Shown here: positions 1 to 10,535 of the stretch, in pieces
How positions within the stretch are numbered: the first letter of the stretch is position 1
How the letters are laid out: each line of letters begins with the position of its first letter
Assembly (NCBI GenBank): GCA_001603955.1
Contig: LVAA01000062.1
Coordinates: 8 to 64,007, forward strand
DNA length: 64,000 nt
Direction: 5' to 3'
Source of the DNA: Syntrophobacterales bacterium Delta_02
GTDB taxonomy: Bacteria > Desulfobacterota > Syntrophorhabdia > Syntrophorhabdales > Syntrophorhabdaceae
The notes under the pieces: generated by a model
What the model was told of the DNA's origin: nothing
The model's database searches: none
Seen by the model: only the letters and a program-made list of their open reading frames with translations
Translations under genes and position numbers: made by a program

Positions 1-370
1 ACAACTTATTTTGGTTGTAACGGTGTCCGGTTTAAACGGGGGCTACTACATTAGCCTCGCAGTACCACATCTAATTACTCCTACATTGTGTTAGGTCAGA
101 CCTGATACACCATAGCTTATTTACACTAATATCAAATCCGGGATGGACCTGGAAACTGTACGAAAGTACAGGCAGGAAAGGCTTGATCCGGGCAGGTTTG
201 TCATATGGATGTGTCAACGGCCGGCTTAACAAAAAGAGGAATCTAGCCCAATTCGATCAGACCTTCCCTGAGGGCTATTGCCACGGCATGCGTCCGGTTC
301 AAGGCATCGCATGAAGGGACCCCGAGCGATCTCCGAAAGATGTTCAATAGAATTCGGTCGACACTCATCT

Positions 371-1612
371 TTAAACCAGTTCACGGGAAAGATATGTCAG
401 CAGACCAATCCTCTGATTGACAATGCCAAGTTTTCTTCTGATGTTGTTCCTGTGGAAATTGACGGCGCTTTGCGATATCTTCAGCGCCTGCGCTATCTCT
501 TTCGTCGCCTTTCCGTTCTTCACAAGATCAATTATTTGTGTTTCCCGGAGCGTAAGCCCCGGGTACCTGGAAGTAAGCTTGTGGAGGAACGGTGAAACGA
601 CCTGTTTGATGTTCTGCTCGATTATCTCGATGCAGGCCATGTACTGCCCATCGTGACGGCCTTTTTTCAACTCCCCGATGAACGGCAGGACAGACTTGTT
701 GATGTTCTCTGTTATACTCAGTTCCATTTCCAATTTCACATCGTGCTTCTCTTTGAGCAGCACCTTCAGCGCCGCGTTCAGTTCGCGAAGATGAGCTGAT
801 TTCGCCGCCAGCTCCCCTTCCGCCTTCTTCAATCCTTCCCGATCTTCTTCCCGTTCCGTAACATCGATGAACGTCTTCAGGTATCCGCCCGACGGCAACG
901 AGACCGGGATGATCCGGGCCACCTTCCGGGATCTGTCCTTGCAAGTCACCGTGAACGTGTACTTCCTGCCCTCCCTCAATGAAGGATTGCGCCTGAATCT
1001 CTCCACCTCCAGCCGCCGTTCTTCCAGTACCATCGATCGGTAATCACGATCAGGATAAGCCATCAGGAACCAGGTGGCTTCATCAGGGATATCGTAGAGG
1101 TCGTAGCCGGAAAACTCCCTGAACCTGGTGTTCACATAGGCCCACTTCCCGCCGGCATCAACAAGCACAGTAGCGAACGGAGCATTATCAACGATCGCCA
1201 TAAACCGTTGTGTCTGCACCTCAAGGCTCTCCTCCAATTGTTTTTCACGAGTGATGTCCCTCCACGTGGTATGGACAACCTTCCTGCCCTTGTAGGGGAC
1301 GGCGATCAACGATACATCGGTCCACAGCCTGTCACCGCCGAACGTCCGATGCTCCCAATGGAAACTATTGACACCCTTACCCAGGGCAATGTCTATCACC
1401 TCTCGGTCCTTTTCTGACGAGAACCGGCCATCGGGTTGTATGCCAGGGGATATACTGAATGGGCGCAGGCCGATCAACTCGTCCCTGCCCTTGCAATGCA
1501 TCACCTGTAACGCCGCTTCATTACAATCGATAAACCTGTAATCATCTATGAGCAAAACTGGGTCCCTCGTCCTTTCGAACAAGAGCCGGAACCTTTCCTC
1601 CGCTTCATTCAT
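371..1612 (-). CDS. PAS-domain LuxR/FixJ-family transcriptional regulator
   Basis: 413-aa ORF. PAS-like N-terminal two thirds, coiled-coil linker, C-terminal LuxR-type HTH (LTLRETQIIDLVKNGKATKEIAQALKISQSAVNFHRNNIRRKLGI). Confidence 0.8.
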   Translation of the reverse strand: MNEAEERFRLLFERTRDPVLLIDDYRFIDCNEAALQVMHCKGRDELIGLRPFSISPGIQPDGRFSSEKDREVIDIALGKGVNSFHWEHRTFGGDRLWTDVSLIAVPYKGRKVVHTTWRDITREKQLEESLEVQTQRFMAIVDNAPFATVLVDAGGKWAYVNTRFREFSGYDLYDIPDEATWFLMAYPDRDYRSMVLEERRLEVERFRRNPSLREGRKYTFTVTCKDRSRKVARIIPVSLPSGGYLKTFIDVTEREEDREGLKKAEGELAAKSAHLRELNAALKVLLKEKHDVKLEMELSITENINKSVLPFIGELKKGRHDGQYMACIEIIEQNIKQVVSPFLHKLTSRYPGLTLRETQIIDLVKNGKATKEIAQALKISQSAVNFHRNNIRRKLGIVNQRIGLLTYLSRELV

Positions 1613-1958
1613 GATCTCTATTTCTCCAGGATGAATTGTGAAATCGCGTAGCCATCGGTCAGGCTGCTCTCATACTCGTGCCTGCCTCGCGAAGAACCCT
1701 CTCCTTGTTTCCCGGTCGCCGTTGCCACCATTCCGCCGAAAGAGCCAGAACCATCGCTAATGCGAGCAACATCAAAAGAACACGTACAGCTGGAAAGAGC
1801 TCTAAATTCCGCTCCAGGTGCGAAATGACGACAGGAACCTCCCTGCCAATGCTCAAACAACTTGCTTTAGATGATGCATACGGATTGTAAAATGACTTTC
1901 AATAAGGAATCTTAACACAAAGGAAACGTCGATTTGTCGACGCTTTTTCAAGGATAGA

Positions 1959-1979
1959 ATATGGAGACATTTTCCATAT
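1959..1979. promoter_or_regulatory. Inverted repeat ATATGGA-N7-TCCATAT, candidate operator
   Basis: Perfect 7-bp arms at 1959-1965 and 1973-1979, about 70 bp upstream of the ATG at 2049. Lies in the AT-richer 436-bp spacer between two divergent PAS-LuxR genes. Confidence 0.3.
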
Positions 1980-2048
1980 TTTAAGTCAAGGGCACAAGGA
2001 ACCGAAAAAACAGCTATACAGGATCTAAGTGAAGGAAAACCTCTGTCT

Positions 2049-3383
2049 ATGACCGATAATCGGCCCGATGACTGCTTGAAAACGGGGAGCCACAATGATG
2101 ACTGGTGTCCGGAGATACCGGTATTAAAGGACCTTCTCGACTCGATCCCGGCGGCGGTGATCCTGGTGCGGGGCAACCGGTTCATCTTTGTCAATAGGGC
2201 TGCTGAGGCAGGGACCGGCTATTCCAGGGAGGAGCTTGCCGCGATGAACTTCTGGGACATCGCCCACCCCGATCACAAAGGGCTGGTCAAACGCATAGCG
2301 CGCGCACTCGTACAAGGGAAGGAGACTGCAAGGCGTTACGAGCTGAAGATCCTCGCGAAGGATGGTACGGAAAAGTGGGTCGAACTGATGGCGGCTCGCG
2401 CCACGATCCGCAATCGGCCTACGATCGTCGCCTCGGTCACAGAGATCACGGACCGCAAGAGATTGGAAGAGGAGTTAAGGTCCCATCATGACCACCTCAG
2501 TGTTCTGGTGGAAGACCGCATGGCCGAGATCCGTCGGGAGGCTACGAGGAGGCAGGAGAAGGAAGAGCAATACCTTTCCCTGGTAGAATGCGTGCCCGGG
2601 TGGGTATGGGAAACGGACGCTAACTTTGCCTACACCTACCTGAGCTCCAGGATATCCGAACATCTGGGATACCAGCCGGAAGAACTTATCGGAAAGACCC
2701 CCCTTGACATTGTCCCTGTCCACGAGAAAGAGCGCCTGGCACCTATCATGAATACGGTCGCGGCCGAAAAAAAACCCTTCGTCCCCTTTACTTTCAAGGT
2801 ATTCCACAAGAACGGGAGCGAAATTCTCGTTGAAGGGAACGCTCGAGCCTTCCTCGATGAGGATGGGAACCTTCTGGGATACCGCGGGAGCGCCCGCGAT
2901 ATCACCGCGCAGAAAAGGGCCGGGGACGCGCTGGAAGAACAGCGGCAGCAACTGGTGGCAAAGTCCCGGAGGCTTGCGGAGGTCAATACCACCCTGAAAG
3001 TGTTATTGAGACAGAGAGAGGATGACAGGAAGGAACTCGAAGAGAGATTCGTATCGAATATCCGGGAAATGGTCCTGCCCTATCTCAACAGGATGCGCAG
3101 AACCAGGTTGAACCGCGACCAGCAGAACTACCTCGATGTCGTCGTAAGCAACCTCAATGAGATAGCATCACCCTTCCTGAACACCTTGAGACACACGAAC
3201 CTTACACCAAGGGAACTCGAGGTGGCGTCTCTTATCAAGGAAGGTAAACAAACGAAGGAAATAGCCGAAATAACCGGTATCGCGCCAAGTTCGGTCGATT
3301 CTCACAGAAATGCCATAAGAAGGAAGCTTGGACTGAACTCCAGGAAGATCAATCTCCGTTCATACCTTCTGACGCTGAAATAG
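2049..3383 (+). CDS. PAS-domain LuxR/FixJ-family transcriptional regulator (paralog of 371..1612)
   Basis: 444-aa ORF with two PAS-like segments. Same coiled-coil plus HTH tail as its neighbour (LTPRELEVASLIKEGKQTKEIAEITGIAPSSVDSHRNAIRRKLGL). Confidence 0.85.
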   Translation: MTDNRPDDCLKTGSHNDDWCPEIPVLKDLLDSIPAAVILVRGNRFIFVNRAAEAGTGYSREELAAMNFWDIAHPDHKGLVKRIARALVQGKETARRYELKILAKDGTEKWVELMAARATIRNRPTIVASVTEITDRKRLEEELRSHHDHLSVLVEDRMAEIRREATRRQEKEEQYLSLVECVPGWVWETDANFAYTYLSSRISEHLGYQPEELIGKTPLDIVPVHEKERLAPIMNTVAAEKKPFVPFTFKVFHKNGSEILVEGNARAFLDEDGNLLGYRGSARDITAQKRAGDALEEQRQQLVAKSRRLAEVNTTLKVLLRQREDDRKELEERFVSNIREMVLPYLNRMRRTRLNRDQQNYLDVVVSNLNEIASPFLNTLRHTNLTPRELEVASLIKEGKQTKEIAEITGIAPSSVDSHRNAIRRKLGLNSRKINLRSYLLTLK

Positions 3384-3559
3384 GACCGCAACCGATCGGT
3401 CTGCCGCGACAAGCACACCATTATGTGGAGCCGCAATGCGAGCGGGTCTGATGACAAAGAGGTCCTTGGGGTGTTACGATAGTAATTATGGCTCCCGTCC
3501 TTCCCGCGCGTTTCTTTCAATGCCCCCGAAAGACATGCTGGCCACCATGCCGGTTTTCG

Positions 3560-5371
3560 ATGCTCCACCCGACAACCCTTGCCGCGCACGGGGAGATATC
3601 CAGTTCCCGCCTCCTCCTCGCTTTACTGATCGCTCTTTGTGTACTTCTGCTTGGGCCGTCCCTCCTGCTGGCGCAGGGGAAGGTCCGGGTCGCTATCGAA
3701 GGGGTACAGGGTGAGGAGTTGGAGAATGTCGAGGTCGCCCTGATATTGCCTGGCGGGCTCGTCAAGGACGGGGTCGTCAACGAGAGATGGCTCAAGCGTT
3801 TTGAGAAGCAGATACCCGGAAAAGTAAGGCAGGCCCTTGAACCCTTCGGGTTCTATGGTCCCACGGTGACGGTATCCTCCGAAGTATCCGGGCAAGGCGT
3901 GCACGAGATCCGTGTTTCCATCGATCCCGGGGAGCCTGTGCGGGTGGCTTCCGTGAGGTTGGCCGTCACGGGTGCAGGCAGCAAGGAAGAGGAACTTGCA
4001 AAGGTGATCTCGGCCTTTCCGCTCCGTGAGGGCGCAACGCTCCACCACGGTCTCTACGAGAACGGAAAGGACGATATCCGCAAGAAAGCGCTGGAACTCG
4101 GCTACCTCGACGCCGACTTCACGACGCATGAGATACGCGTCGATCCCGAGGAACGAACGGCCGCGATCGAACTAGTCCTCCAGACGGGCGACCTCTATTA
4201 CTTCGGCGAGACAGAGTTCTCCGGTGCCCCCCAGTATCCACGGTCCTTTTTCGGCCGTTACCTCGAGTTCAAGCCGGGTGATGTCTTCTCCCACCAGAAG
4301 ATCGCCCTGACCCAGCGCAACCTCATCAACGCGGACCGCTTCAGGACCGTCATCATCGACGCGGACAAGGAAAAAGCGCGGGACCACCGCGTGCCCATAG
4401 AGATCCGCCTTCGCCCATCGAAACCGAAGCGGTTGAAGCTCGGCGGCGGCTACGAGACCGACATCGGCCCGAAAGGGTCCATCAAGTACGAGGACGTGAA
4501 CTTCCTCGGGACGAGCCACAGGTTCCAGGCACAGTTCGATCTCAGCCAACCGCTCCAAGTCATCGGGGCCCGGTACACGATACCCGACACCAGGGATATA
4601 CGCAGTTTCTCTTCGATAAGTTTCAACATGAAGCGCGAGGACCAGACCACGGGAACATCGCTCTTCAGTGAATCGATGATGGCCGAATTCGAAAAGGCAA
4701 GGACCCTGGGGCGGGTACCGGTAGGATCCGTGTTCCTCCAGGTCCTGAAGGAGAACTCGGAAGTCGGCGAAGAACGGACGAACACTTTTTCGGTCCTCCC
4801 GGGGGCGCGGCTCTCCGGCATGAGCTATGACGATATGATACGCCCTACGCGGGGTTACCGGTATTCCATGGAGTTGAAAGGCACGCACCAGGCAATAGGT
4901 TCCACCACCGGGCTCATCCAGTTCACCGGAGACGGAGGGATCATCGTGCCTCTTCCCGCCAGGCTCTCCCTGCTCGCAAGATCGATGGTGGGGGCAACCC
5001 TCCAGAACGAATCCGATGCCGACCTGCCCATAGCCCTGCGCTTCTTCGCCGGGGGAGACAAGAGCGTCCGCGGGTACGCGTACAAATCCCTCGGACCGGA
5101 GGACGCCAACGGCGACGTGGTCGGGGGCAAAAATGTCCTGACGGGTAGTCTCGAACTGGAGCGCGCCGTGGGCAACGACTGGGGTGTGGCCGCGTTCTAC
5201 GACGCCGGAAACGCCTTCAACGACTTCAGGAACATGCAGCTCGTCCAGGGCGCCGGCATGGGCGTGCGGTACTATAGTCCCATCGGGCCGATAAAGCTCG
5301 ATATCGCCCGCCAGATAGGGGTAAGGGATCCCGATTTCAGAATACATATTTCCATAGGGTTCGGATTATGA
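3560..5371 (+). CDS. tamA: Omp85-family outer membrane protein, TamA-like translocation and assembly module subunit
   Basis: ORF 3488..5371. The internal ATG at 3560 gives a signal-peptide-like N-terminus (LLLALLIALCVLLLGPSLLLAQG). POTRA-like repeats are followed by a surface-antigen beta-barrel ending ...HISIGFGL. The stop overlaps the next start (ATGA at 5368). Confidence 0.8.
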   Translation: MLHPTTLAAHGEISSSRLLLALLIALCVLLLGPSLLLAQGKVRVAIEGVQGEELENVEVALILPGGLVKDGVVNERWLKRFEKQIPGKVRQALEPFGFYGPTVTVSSEVSGQGVHEIRVSIDPGEPVRVASVRLAVTGAGSKEEELAKVISAFPLREGATLHHGLYENGKDDIRKKALELGYLDADFTTHEIRVDPEERTAAIELVLQTGDLYYFGETEFSGAPQYPRSFFGRYLEFKPGDVFSHQKIALTQRNLINADRFRTVIIDADKEKARDHRVPIEIRLRPSKPKRLKLGGGYETDIGPKGSIKYEDVNFLGTSHRFQAQFDLSQPLQVIGARYTIPDTRDIRSFSSISFNMKREDQTTGTSLFSESMMAEFEKARTLGRVPVGSVFLQVLKENSEVGEERTNTFSVLPGARLSGMSYDDMIRPTRGYRYSMELKGTHQAIGSTTGLIQFTGDGGIIVPLPARLSLLARSMVGATLQNESDADLPIALRFFAGGDKSVRGYAYKSLGPEDANGDVVGGKNVLTGSLELERAVGNDWGVAAFYDAGNAFNDFRNMQLVQGAGMGVRYYSPIGPIKLDIARQIGVRDPDFRIHISIGFGL

Positions 5372-8300
5372 TGTTAAAGCGTCATCTATGGTATGCGATC
5401 CCCCTTCTGCTGGTGGTCCTTATCGTCTCTTCCGCCTCATGGGTACTCTACACCCGGAGCGGTACTGCCCTTCTGATGAAGGGAGTTCGCGGCGCTCTGT
5501 CGGGCACCCTCGAGATCAGGGAGGTCACGGGCACGGTGGGCCAGTCCCTCCGCATGGAAGGGATCATGATCCGCCTCGAGAACCTCACAGTAGCCATCGA
5601 CAGCGCTGACCTGAAATGGCATCCTCTCTACCTTGTCACCGGGAAACTGGCGATCAACGGTCTTGCCGCCGAGGGCATATCGATAACAGCCGGGGAAAGT
5701 CCTGAAGAGCCTGTAGACCTCAGTCTGCCTCGACTTCCGAAGTGGTTGACCCTCATCGATGCCCGGATCAGGAAATTAAAGGTCACCCGCCTCACTTACC
5801 GGGCCCCGGACAGCAAACCCATGGTAGTGAGGGATATCTCGGCGACCGTTCTTTTGGACCGCGGCACTCTTTTCGTCAGTGCCCTCGACCTCCACAGCCC
5901 TTCTGGCGGCGTCAAAGGCTCGGTAAGCCTCAACCTCGTGCGGCCCGCTCTCCAGGCGCGCCTTACGGCTAGCCTCCCGGAGAAGATCGCCGGGATCGAC
6001 ACCGTATCCGTGGACGCTCGATTTCCCTCGTCACGAGGGAAGGAACAGATCGCGGGGCCGCTCGTGCTGAAAGCCTTCTCAGGAAAGCAGGAGGGTCTCA
6101 ATTTCCAGTGCACCGTCGGCATTGCCCCTCAGGCCATCCGTATCAGCAACGCGAAGTTCTCGAGAAAGGAGGACGGAGGGACGATCGAGGCCGAAGGCGC
6201 GCTCGACTTTTCGGGAAAGGAACCGGCATTCTCTCTTTCGACAAAGATCAGCAATCTTGACATTGCCCCCGAAACAAAGGTGAAGACGGACATATCGGGA
6301 GACCTTCATATCGCCGGGACCACGGAGGACTTCGAGGGAGCGTTTTCTTTCGGGAACCGGGGAGAGTCCTGGAAGGACATGAAACTCAAAGGAAAGGTCC
6401 GCGGCGACACCAGGGTTATCGAGCTCAAGGACCTCGAGGCGAAGGTGCTCGGCGGCGCCATCTCAGGAAGTGTCAGCGTGTCCCGGGAAACCCCCATGCG
6501 GCTGTCCGCCCTGTTCACGGGATCCGGTCTCAACCCCGCGCGTATCAGACCAGACCTCGAGGGAAACCTGAACATCGGTGTGAAAGCCCAACTGCTCTTC
6601 CCCCCGGAACACCCGATGGAAGGATCCTTCACGGTCTCCCTGAAGGAGAGCACTTTCCAGAAGAGGGTTGTGTCGGCACACGTGGACGCCTCATTCCGCG
6701 ACGAGATCGTGAAGATCAATACCCTGTCCCTGAGGGGAAACGGATTTGCCGCGACCGCTTCCGGTGTTGTACAGGAACGGCTCGCCTGCGAGATACGGAT
6801 CGATGACGCCTCTAAACTCCTTCCCGGGGCAACGGGAAGTTTTTTTGCGAAAGGATGGGCCAGGTGGCGGGAGAACGAACCCGCCGGCGCCTTCACGGCA
6901 CAGGGAAAAAACATATCCTATGACGACGCGAGGCTCTCGTCCCTCAACGTGTCCGCAGAGATGCCGGAGGGCTACAAGGGTGATCTGACCATAGACATCA
7001 GGGGCAGGAGCCTGGCCTATGGCATCTTCCGGGCAAACACGCTCAGCCTCAAGGTCACCGGCAAGACGGGCGACCACAGGATCGCGCTGGCCGTTGCGCA
7101 CGACAGGAACTCTCTGGACATGCGGGCAACGGGAGGGTATGCCGATGGCTCCTGGCAGGGTACGATCGTCGGGCTTTCAGGAACGCAGGCTCCCTTCGGC
7201 AGGTTCGACCTGTCGTCGCCGGCGAAGGTCATCGCTTCGCAGAAACGGCTTTTCCTTTCGCCCTTCGTTCTCAAAAGCTCGACGGGGGAAAAACTCGACC
7301 TCGGCGCAGACATCGCCATGGAGCCCATGACCGGTTCCGCCGCCGTGAAATGGCAGCAGGTCGACCTGGGACGTGCAGGCGTGCTCATCGACCCGGCAAA
7401 GGTTCAGGGCATCTCATCGGGCGCGGCCCGTGTACAATGGCTCAGTCGTAAACGCCTGACTCTCAACGCGGAGATGAACGCGTCGGTGGTATTCTCCCAG
7501 GGATCCTTGAAGGTGAAAGCCGACAGCATCAATGGCAATCTGAACTGGGACGGTTCAGGGCTCCGCGCGTCCCTTGACGTGGAACTCGCCGGCGATGGCC
7601 GAATGAACGCGAGGATCGCCTCCAAACGACCAGCGGCCTTTTCCCTCCCGGACCAGGGAACCTTCCAGGCGGCCTGGAAACGGTTGGACATGGGAATGCT
7701 GCAACCCATCCTGCCCGGTACGGTGCGCCTCAAGGGACACCTTTCGGGCGAGGTCACGGGCAGCCTTCTGCCCGGCAACCGCTTCGAGGTTGCGGGACAG
7801 ACCGGCATCTCCGACGGTTCCTTCACCTGGCGTGGCGATGAGGGCGAGATCACCGCGCCCATCAGGGAAACGGCCCTCGACTGGACCTGGAAGGACACCT
7901 CCCTCAAGGGGAAGGCGAACCTCAGGCTCGGGCGGTACGGCCGTGTCGAGACCACGTTCCGGGTCCCTCTTCCAGCAAAGATCCCCATTGCCGTCAACAA
8001 GGGCTCCGGGATGATGGTCTCGATGCGGGGTACGATGAGCGAAAGGGGCCTTCTCGCCGCGCTGTTTCCCGGACTTGCCCAGGAGACAAGGGGACAGATC
8101 GATTTCGACCTCACGGGGAGCGGTACCCTGGCCGATCCCCGGATCACCGGCAGGCTAAACCTCAAGGGTTCGAGCGCGTACCTGCCTCCCGCGGGCATCC
8201 GTCTCAAGGATATGAACGCCGACGTTCTCTTCAACGACGACCGGATAACCCTATCCTCCTTCGTCGTCCACTCCGGTGAGGGCTCCATAAAGACCAGCGG

Positions 8301-9270
8301 CACGATGGTACATGCGATGGGGAAGATCAAGACCTTCGAAGGTACGTTGAAGGGCGAGGGCTTCCAGGCCGTGAACCTGCCGGAGCTTGACGTCAAGATC
8401 AGCCCGGACCTTACGATAGCCGGTGACCTGGCAAGAGTGTCGGTGAAGGGGTCTATCCTCATACCACAAGCCCTCATCCGGGAAGAACAGAAAGAAACCC
8501 TCATCAAGCCGAGCAGCGACGTCATCGTCGCGGGCAGGGAGAGAGGCCCGAAGCAGGCCCTCCCTTTTACGATCGACGTCGACGTCGACGTCATCCTCGG
8601 CAAAGAGGTCCTGGTGAAGGCATACGGCATCGACACGCGTCTTGCCGGAAAGGTCAACATCGCCATGAAGGATCCGGACGACATCAGGGCGAGCGGCGGC
8701 ATCCGCACCGTGAGGGGCAAGTTCGATGCCTACGGGGTCAAGCTCGACATACGCAGGGGCAACATCTCCTTCGGCGGAGGCCCCGTCGAGGCGGCAAACC
8801 TCGATATCCTCGCCCTGCGCACGGTAGGCGACGTATCGGCGGGCGTCCTCGTGGCGGGAACACCGGTATCCCCGCTCGTCAACCTCTATTCCCAACCCGC
8901 CATGGCGGACAGAGACATCCTGAGCTACATCGTTCTCGGCAGGGCATCGGGAGGGACGGGCCAGGGCGACGCCGCCCTTCTCGCGAGGGCGGCAAGCGGC
9001 CTGCTCACGGGCGGGAAGGCATCCTCCATCCAGAAACAGCTGGGTCTCGACGTTCTCGACATCGAGTCCACCGACGGCGACGTTTCGAAGTCCATCGTCA
9101 AACTCGGCAAATACCTCTCTCCGAAGCTTTTCGTCAGCTACGGCCGTTCGATATACACGGGCGAGAACATCTTCGGCATCCGGTACAGCCTCACGAGACG
9201 GGTGGACGTGGAAAGCACAATGGGCAACCAGAGCGGCGCCGCCATTTACTACAGGATAGAGTTCGATTAA
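5368..9270 (+). CDS. tamB: TamB-like translocation and assembly module protein (DUF490-type C-terminus)
   Basis: 1300 aa. N-terminal membrane anchor (LWYAIPLLLVVLIVSSASWVLY), long beta-rich repetitive body, TamB-like C-terminal end. Translationally coupled to the Omp85 gene. Confidence 0.8.
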   Translation: MMLKRHLWYAIPLLLVVLIVSSASWVLYTRSGTALLMKGVRGALSGTLEIREVTGTVGQSLRMEGIMIRLENLTVAIDSADLKWHPLYLVTGKLAINGLAAEGISITAGESPEEPVDLSLPRLPKWLTLIDARIRKLKVTRLTYRAPDSKPMVVRDISATVLLDRGTLFVSALDLHSPSGGVKGSVSLNLVRPALQARLTASLPEKIAGIDTVSVDARFPSSRGKEQIAGPLVLKAFSGKQEGLNFQCTVGIAPQAIRISNAKFSRKEDGGTIEAEGALDFSGKEPAFSLSTKISNLDIAPETKVKTDISGDLHIAGTTEDFEGAFSFGNRGESWKDMKLKGKVRGDTRVIELKDLEAKVLGGAISGSVSVSRETPMRLSALFTGSGLNPARIRPDLEGNLNIGVKAQLLFPPEHPMEGSFTVSLKESTFQKRVVSAHVDASFRDEIVKINTLSLRGNGFAATASGVVQERLACEIRIDDASKLLPGATGSFFAKGWARWRENEPAGAFTAQGKNISYDDARLSSLNVSAEMPEGYKGDLTIDIRGRSLAYGIFRANTLSLKVTGKTGDHRIALAVAHDRNSLDMRATGGYADGSWQGTIVGLSGTQAPFGRFDLSSPAKVIASQKRLFLSPFVLKSSTGEKLDLGADIAMEPMTGSAAVKWQQVDLGRAGVLIDPAKVQGISSGAARVQWLSRKRLTLNAEMNASVVFSQGSLKVKADSINGNLNWDGSGLRASLDVELAGDGRMNARIASKRPAAFSLPDQGTFQAAWKRLDMGMLQPILPGTVRLKGHLSGEVTGSLLPGNRFEVAGQTGISDGSFTWRGDEGEITAPIRETALDWTWKDTSLKGKANLRLGRYGRVETTFRVPLPAKIPIAVNKGSGMMVSMRGTMSERGLLAALFPGLAQETRGQIDFDLTGSGTLADPRITGRLNLKGSSAYLPPAGIRLKDMNADVLFNDDRITLSSFVVHSGEGSIKTSGTMVHAMGKIKTFEGTLKGEGFQAVNLPELDVKISPDLTIAGDLARVSVKGSILIPQALIREEQKETLIKPSSDVIVAGRERGPKQALPFTIDVDVDVILGKEVLVKAYGIDTRLAGKVNIAMKDPDDIRASGGIRTVRGKFDAYGVKLDIRRGNISFGGGPVEAANLDILALRTVGDVSAGVLVAGTPVSPLVNLYSQPAMADRDILSYIVLGRASGGTGQGDAALLARAASGLLTGGKASSIQKQLGLDVLDIESTDGDVSKSIVKLGKYLSPKLFVSYGRSIYTGENIFGIRYSLTRRVDVESTMGNQSGAAIYYRIEFD

Positions 9271-9350
9271 CGATTCTCTCTCGCCGGGGCGCCCCCGCCG
9301 GCCCCCTTCTGGCGTCCTCTCCCGGATCGATCATGCCGGTTTGCAACGGA

Positions 9351-10508
9351 TCAACGAATTTCACGGCCAGGCCGTGAGTTACAGGAAAAAAACGCAAGGG
9401 ATGATCCGGCCGCCCTCCGCACCAGGCCTTCCTCCTCGAGCAGCTCCAGGTGACCGATCACCTCCGATATACCCAGAAGGACCTGCCAATCAGGAAGGTT
9501 CAAAAAGAGGCTTTGCATGATCTCGAAGGGACTGCATATGCCCCTGGCAGTTACCACGGAAAGGATCTGACTCCTTCTCGCCCCGATGGAAGACAGGAGC
9601 CCTTCTATTCTCTCACCTGCATTACGCACAAGATCTCCATGGCCTGGAAACGCTTCTTTCAGGTCCAAGGCCTGAGCCTTCCTGAGGGATGCCACGTAAC
9701 TCTTCAAACTCTTGTATCCCTTCGCACCCTCCCGAGGTCTCTGAAGGACGGCGTTCGAGGAAATGTCCCTGATGAGGAAATCTCCCGTCAATGCCACTCG
9801 CCTTTCCCGGTCATGGAGCAAGAAACACCACGGAGTATGACCCGGCACGTGCACTACTTTAAAACTCATCGATCCCAGTTCTATCGCGTCGCCATCGGTC
9901 AGATACCGCGACACTCTAACCCTGCTGCCTTGCTGGACGAGGGCCTCCCGGAGACTCTCCAGACAATCACTTACCCGCGCCGGCACGCCGGCACTTTCCA
10001 GCAAAGTCCTGTAATACTGGAAGTCCTGTATCGTTTCGTCGGGAAAATTCTCCAGGTATCGTGCGCCTCCGCCGTACGTCCAGACTTCGGCGTCCGTCTC
10101 ACTGGCGATCCGGCCTGCAAGCCCGCAATGGTCAAAATGGGGGTGGGTAACGATGATCCTGCTTATATCCTTCGAGACCGAGTATCCCCTCGTTTTGAGC
10201 TCTTTCTTCAGCCTCTCGTAATACTTTTCCTCATTTGCGGGCACATCGATGAGAGTAGGTACCGGTTTTTCAGCGAAGTAGGTATTTGTCGTTCCAGACG
10301 CAAAAGGAGCGGGGATGGTAATCCTTTGAATACCCTCTACGTTCACCGCTCGAAGTTCCCCGATCAGCGCACCGAACCCGCGGGTCCGGCAATCCCGACA
10401 GACAGCCCTGCAAAAATCCGGAAGTTCCTCACCCCCGCACTCCTTTTGAACGTTCCTCTCCCGCAGTAATAAGGTTAAGACGATATACGGCTCCGTGATC
10501 CCCGACAA
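9351..10508 (-). CDS. MBL-fold metallo-hydrolase
   Basis: 385-aa ORF with the HxHxDH motif (VTHPHFDHCG) and a later HVPGHTP motif. The true start may lie downstream of 10508. Confidence 0.75.
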   Translation of the reverse strand: MSGITEPYIVLTLLLRERNVQKECGGEELPDFCRAVCRDCRTRGFGALIGELRAVNVEGIQRITIPAPFASGTTNTYFAEKPVPTLIDVPANEEKYYERLKKELKTRGYSVSKDISRIIVTHPHFDHCGLAGRIASETDAEVWTYGGGARYLENFPDETIQDFQYYRTLLESAGVPARVSDCLESLREALVQQGSRVRVSRYLTDGDAIELGSMSFKVVHVPGHTPWCFLLHDRERRVALTGDFLIRDISSNAVLQRPREGAKGYKSLKSYVASLRKAQALDLKEAFPGHGDLVRNAGERIEGLLSSIGARRSQILSVVTARGICSPFEIMQSLFLNLPDWQVLLGISEVIGHLELLEEEGLVRRAAGSSLAFFSCNSRPGREIR

Positions 10509-10535
10509 ACCTTGAGGTATGACAGAGCATTCAGA

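Noticed and set aside
156-171. GAAA-tetraloop hairpin as a possible group II intron domain V
   Set aside because: It has only a 6-bp stem, no 2-nt bulge and no AGC triad context. No intron-encoded protein or other domains are visible.
278-595. 105-aa plus-strand ORF at the left end
   Set aside because: It mostly overlaps the 3' end of the PAS-LuxR gene on the opposite strand and has no motif. It is spurious.
7404-8720. 438-aa minus-strand ORF and many 60-390-aa ORFs overlapping tamA/tamB, the RND exporter, the dehydratase genes and others (for example 4172..5347, 9450..10469, 15225..16088, 23458..24408, 49651..50565)
   Set aside because: They overlap better-supported genes in other frames or on the other strand. 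Their products are Arg/Pro/Ser/Gly-rich with no start context.
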